DNA of 20,000 bases from Candidatus Woesearchaeota archaeon (GTDB taxonomy: Archaea; Nanobdellota; Nanobdellia; Woesearchaeales; JAAOYA01): contig JAAOYA010000005.1 of the NCBI GenBank assembly GCA_018221105.1, positions 50,950-70,949 on the forward strand. Direction: 5' to 3'. The first letter of the stretch is position 1. Every line of letters begins with the position of its first letter. The translations under genes were made by a program, and so were the position numbers. Of the stretch, positions 8,134 to 15,800 are shown piece after piece. The notes under the pieces were generated by a model, which was not told the DNA's origin, did not search any database, and saw only the letters and a program-made list of their open reading frames with translations.

Positions 8134-8211
8134 ATGACAAAGCGGGGAATCGTTGTTTTTGCTATGTTTGCCAGCTTCTATTTTTTTTATCTAGGCCCTA
8201 TATTTAATTAA
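8134..8211 (+). CDS. 25-aa hydrophobic micropeptide (MTKRGIVVFAMFASFYFFYLGPIFN)
   Basis: AAGGAGGGAGG SD directly upstream; single-TM character. Confidence 0.45.
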   Translation: MTKRGIVVFAMFASFYFFYLGPIFN

Positions 8212-8228
8212 GAAATAAGGAGAGGGTG

Positions 8229-8342
8229 ATGGCAGATCCGAATTCTGTAACATGGATTTTTCCAACAGTCTTTTCATACGGCGCTTACATTTTAATCATG
8301 ATAACTATGGGAGGTAAAAACAAAAAAGACGGAGGTGAGTGA
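8229..8342 (+). CDS. 37-aa single-TM micropeptide (MADPNSVTWIFPTVFSYGAYILIMITMGGKNKKDGGE)
   Basis: AAGGAG SD; TGATG overlap with the next ORF. Confidence 0.5.
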   Translation: MADPNSVTWIFPTVFSYGAYILIMITMGGKNKKDGGE

Positions 8343-8497
8343 TGGGGGACATGAGCTTTGAAATGAACGCATTAAAAAAAGCAGTAAGCAACTGGGACTT
8401 TCTTAAGTACATTGAGTGCACAGCGTTCATCATATTACTACTCGTAGCAATCTACATCCTAAGCCGGAGCTTTAAAAAAACCCCTTCAGCAAAATAA
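8342..8497 (+). CDS. 51-aa single-TM protein (MGDMSFEMNALKKAVSNWDFLKYIECTAFIILLLVAIYILSRSFKKTPSAK)
   Basis: GGAGGTGA SD, coupled TGATG start, TM helix plus basic tail. Confidence 0.55.
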   Translation: MGDMSFEMNALKKAVSNWDFLKYIECTAFIILLLVAIYILSRSFKKTPSAK

Positions 8498-8782
8498 CAA
8501 TAGCGCGATGACTAAAACTTTTTTGTGAGCTGTCGGACCAAAAACAAACACTTAAGTTTTGTGGTCGCTCCAAACTAGTAAAAGTCAGCGCTTAGAAATA
8601 GTACTGCCAGTACAACATGGTCTTTTTCACAACATCTTGTTAAAACAGTAGTACCTCCTTTTAGGGGCTCATAACATTGGGTTGTGAGCTCCGCTTACAA
8701 ATAAGAGCTTTTCAAGCTCTTCAAAATACAAACCTTGCATGCGGGATAGTCCTGCAAGCAACAACAGAGAAAGGAGTGTTCA

Positions 8783-8986
8783 ATGGCGGACAATAGAGAG
8801 GCTATGACTACTGATACTGGCGGGGGGAACGGAAAAAGAATCAAGGATCGTCCCCATATGCGTCCACGCCACGACCCTGTATTTCAACAGCAGGCAAGAG
8901 TGTGCATCGATGGCGCCGGCCAAGTGCTCGGTCATAGTCTTTCACCAGACCAGCTCACGAGAGCTAAAAGGAGGATAGAATATTGA
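8783..8986 (+). CDS. Small hypothetical protein (67 aa)
   Basis: AAAGGAG SD at 8770-8776. Confidence 0.55.
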   Translation: MADNREAMTTDTGGGNGKRIKDRPHMRPRHDPVFQQQARVCIDGAGQVLGHSLSPDQLTRAKRRIEY

Positions 8987-9054
8987 AAAAATTCTACATT
9001 ATCATGTTGGCAATGGTGCCTGCGATGGCGGCGTTCGCCACCGTCCTGCTCTGA
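8983..9054 (+). CDS. 23-aa signal-peptide-like micropeptide (MKKFYIIMLAMVPAMAAFATVLL), TTG start
   Basis: AAGGAGG SD at 8968-8974, TTGA overlap with the upstream stop; resembles the N-terminus of ORF 9940. Confidence 0.45.
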   Translation: MKKFYIIMLAMVPAMAAFATVLL

Positions 9055-9400
9055 GGATATTCGACGTGTTTTTTGCAGGATTTACCTAGCTACCTAAAAA
9101 ATTATGGACTAACCCTACCAAAACCGGATAAACCCGGCAAATCTCGCCAGAAACGAGATGGAACGAAGTACTGTTCAACTAAAAGTTGACTTTGGCCAGT
9201 CAAAACAAAAAATTAGCCAGTGACAGTCCTAGCCCTAAAGCAGTCACTAAAAAAAGGGTCGGTCCTTCAAAGCACCTAAACGCCGGGACAATAGCGAGTA
9301 GTTCAAAGCGGACGCTCGTGTCTGGTGTGTTGGACCGTGAAAGCACGGCGCAAGAAAGAACAGAGAAACAACTCCTTAACATGAGACAAGGAGGAAACAA

Positions 9401-9526
9401 ATGGACAAGACACTCGTGATGGCCTGCCGCGGCAGTCCTGTCTCCAACGCCAGTTCAAGGATGAAGATGCGGCGCCATGACGCCATTGCCCAGGCAAACA
9501 ATGCCGAGAAGGGGCAGCGCCAGTGA
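9401..9526 (+). CDS. 41-aa peptide (MDKTLVMACRGSPVSNASSRMKMRRHDAIAQANNAEKGQRQ)
   Basis: AAGGAGG SD at 9388-9394; GC-rich third positions like ORF 9940. Confidence 0.5.
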   Translation: MDKTLVMACRGSPVSNASSRMKMRRHDAIAQANNAEKGQRQ

Positions 9527-9939
9527 TCAATTCGACGTGAAAACCCGGAGGATTTTTCAAATGGTCTCCTGTTTAAACGGGCTCTAAACCCGTAAAAGAG
9601 TACAGTATTAGAAGATCTCCGAAGCGGCCTGCAATCCAAAAAGGTCAAACAAGGACTAAACATTTGAAAGGGGGAATGAGGTGCGAAGAATTCTACTACT
9701 CCACATGCCTAACGCAGATATCCTAGGCCTTGCATGAAAGATGTCAGCGCTTTCCGCTGCAAAGAGTAGACACCAACTCACTAGGAGAGATTGCCTTGAA
9801 CAACAAGACCTCTCCTATTACCTAAACCATAACCCACAACATCAAGGAAAAATACACCAAAGAAAAAAAGGCTCTACTTTTCTCAACCTTGCCCCAGTAA
9901 CTGTTTTTTTCTGGGCTAAAGAGAAAGGAGGTAATGGAC

Positions 9940-10398
9940 ATGAAAAAGTTGTCCATTATCTTGTTGGCGCTTGCCCTCGCACTTGTGATGACGATACCCG
10001 CGATGGCAGCCATGACCCAGGACATGATCAGAGGTCCGACTGCCAGTGGCACGGCCCTCCTGACCGCGCAAGAAGCCCTCGACATCGGAATGAGCGCGGA
10101 GATCTCCCGCGATATGATCGCACCCTCATATGAAGCCATTAATCCGCTCGTCAAAGAAGTGGTACTGGCTGAAGAGGAAATCCTCGACACCGGACGAATC
10201 CAAGCAACCTTGGAGGTGTTGTCGCCTGTTACCGAAGTGTTTTTCGCCTCTGGTTCCGACGTCATCGCCATTGACGGCCTCCTTTACGGCGCTCTACCCC
10301 AAGCAACCTCGGAGGTGTTGCCGGCCTGTACTCTTGCAGTGAACACCCTTCGTAATGTCATGGCAGGCACCGCCGAGATGGCCTTTGACACCTCCTAA
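9940..10398 (+). CDS. Secreted acidic protein with a signal peptide and an internal ~33-aa repeat
   Basis: AGGAGG SD at 9926-9931; MKKLSIILLALALALVMTIPAMA signal; QATLEVLSP/QATSEVLPA repeat. Confidence 0.75.
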   Translation: MKKLSIILLALALALVMTIPAMAAMTQDMIRGPTASGTALLTAQEALDIGMSAEISRDMIAPSYEAINPLVKEVVLAEEEILDTGRIQATLEVLSPVTEVFFASGSDVIAIDGLLYGALPQATSEVLPACTLAVNTLRNVMAGTAEMAFDTS

Positions 10399-10440
10399 AG
10401 GAAGATCATCCTGGAGTGTTGAAAAGGCACTGTAACACTT

Positions 10441-10493
10441 AAGGGCGCTCCTAATAACTACCAGAAATGGAGTGTTGGGAGCGCCCTTTTTTT
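10441..10493 (+). terminator. Intrinsic terminator-like hairpin
   Basis: AAGGGCGCTCCTAATA / TGTTGGGAGCGCCCTT stem ending in a T7 run. Confidence 0.7.
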
Positions 10494-10546
10494 AGGAGGT
10501 GATACTACCCAAAAAAACTAATTCTGCAGAGAGGAGGTGAAAAACA

Positions 10547-10732
10547 ATGGGTAAAAGAGAAGACATGGGCGGATATGTCCAGTACAATAATCCCATAGAT
10601 GGAACCACTCGCCAGTATCCAAAAGATGAAGCAGGCAATACCAATGAGTCCACAAGTCAGACAATTCATCACGAAAGCGGTAATGTAACAGACTCTCGTG
10701 GCGACATCGTCGGCAATGTTAAGGACAAATAA
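10547..10732 (+). CDS. Small hydrophilic protein (61 aa)
   Basis: GAGGAGGTGA SD; T-run after the stop. Confidence 0.65.
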   Translation: MGKREDMGGYVQYNNPIDGTTRQYPKDEAGNTNESTSQTIHHESGNVTDSRGDIVGNVKDK

Positions 10733-10904
10733 AATAATTATTTTTTTGTTTTTGGAAAAACTTTGAACTCTTAATTAATTGTGAAATTAAAAATTAGCAC
10801 GGCTTTTTTGTGCTTTAAATATTGTAAAAACTACTTTTGACGCGTCTCAAAACTTTTTGGGATGCTTCTTTTTTTCTTGTGTTGCTTTCTAACACTCTTT
10901 GTGA

Positions 10905-10958
10905 GCTTGGTGCGATGAGAGTTGCGGGCTCTTGTTAAAGGTTCAACTCCTTACAAGC
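10905..10958 (+). ncRNA. D-arm-less tRNA-like module 1 (anticodon-like loop TT-GCG-GG)
   Basis: GCTTG(G)T/ACAAGC stem; GATGAGAG-7nt-CTCTTGTT; AAGG-TTCAACT-CCTT T-arm. Confidence 0.5.
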
Positions 10959-11794
10959 AAAAAGTGTTTTGAAAGGGGCTTTTCCTCCTTAAGTTGTTGA
11001 TAGGAAAAGTTCGGTTGCGACCACTCCGGGTTGAGGGTGTCGGGAAAGCCTTGCTTTTCATGATTCCTCCAAGGCAGGGCTCTCCCTTCACCCAACACAA
11101 AATAAGTTATGGGTGCTGTGCGGAATCTAATATAATGTGAAAGGGTTTCCGTTAGTTTGCAGAGGACTGGAGACGGCCTCTTAAAAAAATAATATGTTGT
11201 GAAATTCTTTCCTGGGCTTAGCCTGTCAGGTCTGCATCCTGACCTGAGACTGTTCCGTACAGCACCTGTTTATACCCTTTGACCGATCAGACCACCTGAA
11301 CCTCGCGGGCCCTCTACAAGGGAGAAAAGAGGATAAGTCTTGGTGGATCGAAGAGTCTGATAGGGAACAATAATCTTATGAGGTGGCTGGCAGTTAAAAG
11401 ATCTTAGCAATTCGTTCTTCTCGCACCCGCCAACCAACCAGTTGGCTTGCGAAATAAAGCGCTGCAATCGCCTGCCATAAGGTGATAACCGAGCCATATT
11501 AAACTGTGACTTCCCAACAGAAAAAAGGCCTTTATGCCCTTCTTCTGGAGCCTTCGAAACATAGGGGGTTATCTGGGGATGACAGTCTTGTGGGAAGTAA
11601 CATAAAAATAAAAAAAAGGCGCTCGGTCTTGACAGCCCAACGCGTTGCCAAAGAACTATACTAACTCGCCAGTCACCTCTCCAATTACCCCCAGCAGCAC
11701 CCCCAGACCCGGAGCATAAAGCAAAGTGCATTGTGCTCCGGGTCAACACTTGCTTTTGAGAGCTTTCGGGCCAGCAGAAAAAAAAGTTTTTGGT

Positions 11795-11855
11795 GCTTGG
11801 TGCTATAAGAGGTTCATACCCTCTTACTAATAGGGTTCGAATCCCTTACCAAAGC
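11795..11855 (+). ncRNA. D-arm-less tRNA-like module 2 (anticodon-like loop TT-CAT-AC)
   Basis: GCTTGGT/ACC(A)AAGC stem; TAAGAGG-TTCATAC-CCTCTTA; AGGG-TTCGAAT-CCCT canonical T-loop. Confidence 0.55.
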
Positions 11856-12547
11856 TTTAGCTAGCAAGGAGGCTGCTTCTTCCACCATCTCTCCTAGCTG
11901 GCACCCTTGTGGATGGCCAAAGGCTCTTAAGAGAAAGGGTGATTTCTCAGTTCTCAAGAAAAAGGAGTCCTTGACCTCTCCTATTCTGCTTGAGATCTTG
12001 AGAAGTCTCTCCTGGTCCAGCGCTGACACCTCGGAATTTTTCTGCCGATTTCTTCGCCGGGGTGTCAGCGCGTTTTTCTAGCCATTACTTGCTATGTTTT
12101 TGGCCCCCAACAAAAGCGTTGCAAGTTTTTGGTAGTGGTTTATTTGCGGGCTTACAGGCACACCCCCTTACCAAGCGGCCACCCGTGCCTGTAAGCTCGC
12201 ACCTTAAAAAAAAGTTTTTTTTATGCAATTTTGAAAGAGTGGCCATCCCGTCATACGGGTTTTGTGTCTTAACATTCTCCTTCTTGTGAGGCGAAGCTGT
12301 CACTAGTCCCTTCTTCCGATCTTTTGACTGGTGAACGGTTAAAAGACACACCCTCCTGTTATTGGGAACTCGAGGTCTACACCTTCCTTTGTGGCGGGGT
12401 GGCCGCTCATTCGATTAAAGGTGTGGTGGTGTCGCCAGAGAAAAAAAGCAGAAAGGAACTCGCTGCCTCTCTGTTGGAATGACGTCGCTGGCGGTACCAC
12501 CGCTCGTTTGAGAAAAATCGCTGAAAACAAAAAAAGGAGGAAAACTA

Positions 12548-12754
12548 ATGGGTCATCATGATACAGATTGTGACAGTCCAAGGTTTCGAAGTGACCCTAG
12601 CATTTATGCTGGTGCTGGTGGTCTAAATCGCGATACTATAAAAACGTTCTATGATCGCTGTACAGATTGTGGAGCTAAAACTGAGTTTAAAGTTAGTTGG
12701 GGCGATCTTAACACCTTTGAGCGGCTTTGTGTGAACTGTCGTGAAAAAAAATAA
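12548..12754 (+). CDS. Small zinc-ribbon-like protein (68 aa, CTDC...CVNC)
   Basis: AAGGAGG SD at 12534-12540; two CxxC pairs; terminator immediately after. Confidence 0.7.
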   Translation: MGHHDTDCDSPRFRSDPSIYAGAGGLNRDTIKTFYDRCTDCGAKTEFKVSWGDLNTFERLCVNCREKK

Positions 12755-12812
12755 GAAGCCTTTTGTATTTTGGCTTCTTTTTTTCACTATTTCTTTTCTA
12801 TATTGAAAATAA
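12753..12812 (+). terminator. Hairpin plus U-tract terminator and TTTTCTATATTGAAAATAA motif (copy 2)
   Basis: AAGAAGCC...GGCTTCTT stem then a T-run; matches 5328-5385. Confidence 0.65.
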
Positions 12813-12833
12813 TTACTTGAAAAAAAAGGTTTT

Positions 12834-15800
12834 TTAGCCAAACCAGCTTCCGAGTCCTACTTGTTTGTCTACTTCTTTGCCAAAATTATCCTCAAACCGA
12901 ACTTTTGTCAACTCCAAAGATTGCCGCAGGTATGCTCCTACATTATATTGTTTAGCTAATGAAATTGAAGGCTCTAAATATTTTGCAATACTGCCCTCTG
13001 AAATTGTAAAAATAATTCTGCCGCCACAATTGGTGCATTTTCCAACTAGTGGCGGGCGACGATACTTGTCATTACACGCCACACATCGAAATTTTTGCAT
13101 TGAAAACTTTCTTAAATTTCCTTTAATATCGCGCAAGAAATGTTTTTCAATTACAAGTTTTGCAACTCCGGCTTCGTCAACAGCATTAATTTTTTCTGCT
13201 AAAATCATTTGACCTTTTAGTTTTTCCTCCATTGTGGGAAGCAACTTATAAGCAGAGCATAAAACACCATCATTTAAGTTTGTAGTATCATGAGTATAGC
13301 CCATGCCTTCGTACTGTGAAACTTTGTTCAACTCATCTTTTATAGTGTTAATTTTAACATCCCAAGGGTTCTTATAATCGAGTGCTGCCTCGTAAAACTC
13401 CAAAGGATAATTCCAAACTCTATCAACATCAAAAGCCATGTCATCAACTTCTGCAGGTGTTAAGACAGTAGTCAAAACCAGTGGAGCGTCCATTGTACCG
13501 CCACGATGTGATGGCAGGTACTTGCGACTAAAGTTTACAAAAGCGTCCATAAGTAAAATAAAACAGCTCTCATCGCCATCAACGTCGCGACGCATTGCAG
13601 CATGATATAATGGGTGCGCAAAAAAACCTTGTGTTTTTGTAAACCCTATGATTCTTCCAACACTCCCCGCACTAGTGTGCGGCGCAAGACCAATGATTAA
13701 ATGTCCTACTAAATCATCCGGAGATTTTAAATTATAAAACGGTTTTTGACCATACAATTTTACTAGTTCTTCATCTATAAAACGAGTAATTTTGAACAAC
13801 ACTTCATCAGCAGGCTTGTCTGGGCTATCAGGACAGCAAGGAAGTAAAACATCTTGAGGTTTTAATTCTAACACTTGATCCTCAGAATCTAATGCTTTGC
13901 CAAAAACATCAATAGTGTAGCCTAACTCTTGTAATTTCTGTACGCTAACACGTATTTCTTTTGGTTTAAAATGTGTTATTGCAAGCTCGCTAGCATCATA
14001 GCGCACAGTACCATCTTTGTTAACGTGAACATCGTGAACAGCTCTCAGTATGCCTTTTGCTAAATGTTCTTGAGAGTGCTCTACATTACTAGTTCCCCTA
14101 ACACCCTTTATTAAATCAGGATATTGTTTCATTTTAAGCTTTTTTAATGCTTGATTGAAATGATATTTAATGTCAATCTCTCTAGAAACATACGGCAAAG
14201 AAATGTGCACTTCTTTTTCTCCAGTATTTTTATTCACTCCTGTTTTATCACATGGTAAATCAGAAATTGCCCTGCAATCAAGACAATGGTATTGTTTTAT
14301 TGTTTTTGTTTCGCAATCTTCACAAATCGTGTTGATGGTTTGCTTAGCACATTTTTCGCATTTATAGATTGGAAAACTGCTGGTTATTTTGCCAACGTCA
14401 AGTGCTGATTGAAAACACCTCAGTCGTCCTCCTTCTTCACCAACAGGAAATAATACGTGCGGGCTGCCTATAAGTTTTCGCATCTTGGCCTTTTCTGGCC
14501 TTCCCATTCTAGAACCAACAAAAATTCCGGCTTTATCGCGCAACACTATTTTTGAGTGCTTGTTTAAAAAATCTAATGCGTCAGCACTGTTTTCTTGCAC
14601 TAACGTCTTTGGTGTTAACAATTCGTTTGTTAACAAATATTTTAGTATTATTGCAGGATCATCTTTTAAAACTATAAACTCATTAGTTGCCACGGTGTGT
14701 TCAACTCCCAAAACTTCGAGTATTTCTTTTAATTCTTTGTCAAGTGGCATCACAATTTTTGTCAAATCACTGCTTGGTTGCGAAGGAGCTTTCAGTAAAG
14801 AGTCTTTTAATGTTAGTAATTGTTGTGAACTAATAAGCTTAAAAAAATAAGTGTGTGATGGGTGCAATGGAATTTTTAGTTTTTCACAAAATAGTATAGC
14901 GGTTTTAGCGTCAGGCCAAGCTCTTAATGGTTTGTCAAGCATTAATTGTAAAGTGTCAACATCAAGGCCTAAAAACCCTGCTAGTTGCTGTGTAGTATAC
15001 TCACTAAAAAGTTCTTTTGCTGCTTTTTTAAACTCTAAAATCCACCATTCCTCGACATACCCTGGAGGCACTAAAACGTGCGCCCTGTTTAAAAAATCAC
15101 CATAATTTACAAGCACATCTCCCAAATACAATATTTTACTGACTTGTTTTTTGTACTGTTTAGCTATTTGCGCATTATTAAATTTTTTTACGCTACCATC
15201 AACAAGTTTTACTATTGGTCCTTCGATGCTATCGCATGGAGTAAATGTTGTTCCTTTACCCGGGCGCTCAATTTTTAATTGTGTTCCTGTAGCAATATAA
15301 TCATCTAACACTTGCATTGTCGCCGGGCTGATACTATCACCAGAATAACCACTAGTTCGAGAGCGACCGTAGCGCAAGCGAAACCCTCCTGGGCGCATCG
15401 GATAGCCTAAAACTGGCCTGCCAGCAACCAAGTCTGCAATAAAAGTATAATCAGGAGTTACTTTCTCACTTGCCCCTTTTGTTTTTTCACCATGAGACTT
15501 AACTTTTTTTTGAATTTTCAAAAAATCTTTTAGAAAACTCCAATGTCCCATCTCAAAATCTTCACCCCACTCTTCAATTTGGCGCCATAATTTTGGAGCT
15601 TTTAGCGGAATACAACTCGAGTGCATCAAGCAAAAACCATTTCTAATACGATTAGTGCTAACACGTGGCAAGTCTTTATAGTTTGAAACTTCAATTTTTT
15701 CAGATGGGTCTCCTGCAATTTCAACAGGCAAGTTTACAACAATAAAGTCTGCTTCTTCTTTTGATGGAAAATATTGCAAGTTAGTAACACGCTCATGATA

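Larger units (their letters stand above)
10877..12501 (+). ncRNA. Candidate large (~1.63 kb) highly structured ncRNA or giant structured leader
   Basis: No SD-supported ORF; consecutive nested 8-17 bp helices with G·U wobble on the + strand; loop-loop complementarities; two T-loop modules. Confidence 0.7.

Noticed and set aside
10201..10329. Diversity-generating retroelement TR/VR pair
   Set aside because: The repeat is only about 30 nt, in frame within one gene, and there is no reverse transcriptase in the window.
11795..11855. Canonical tRNA-Met gene
   Set aside because: It lacks a D-arm, has a bulged acceptor-like stem, and shows no bulge-helix-bulge signs of a split tRNA; kept only as tRNA-like.
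10877..12501. RNase P, SRP, rRNA or tmRNA identity for the large structured region
   Set aside because: Only weak look-alikes (AGGAAAAGTTC near 11002, AACAGAA near 11516, GTCAGGTC near 11225). There is no consistent P4 pairing, SRP helix-8 motif, rRNA signature or Ala acceptor end.
10910..12501. Group II or group I intron (GTGCG at 10910)
   Set aside because: No recognisable domain V hairpin, no P7 core, no interrupted host gene and no RT or homing endonuclease ORF.
11270..12581. ORF-track calls inside the structured region (11270-11749, 11814-12029, 12062-12289, 12085-12351, 12339-12581)
   Set aside because: No good SD, mostly non-ATG starts, low-quality composition and mutual overlaps; best explained as chance frames in GC-richer RNA.
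280..12812. Complete provirus or integron
   Set aside because: No integrase, capsid, Rep or regularly spaced attC-like sites are recognisable; a mobile origin remains only a hypothesis.
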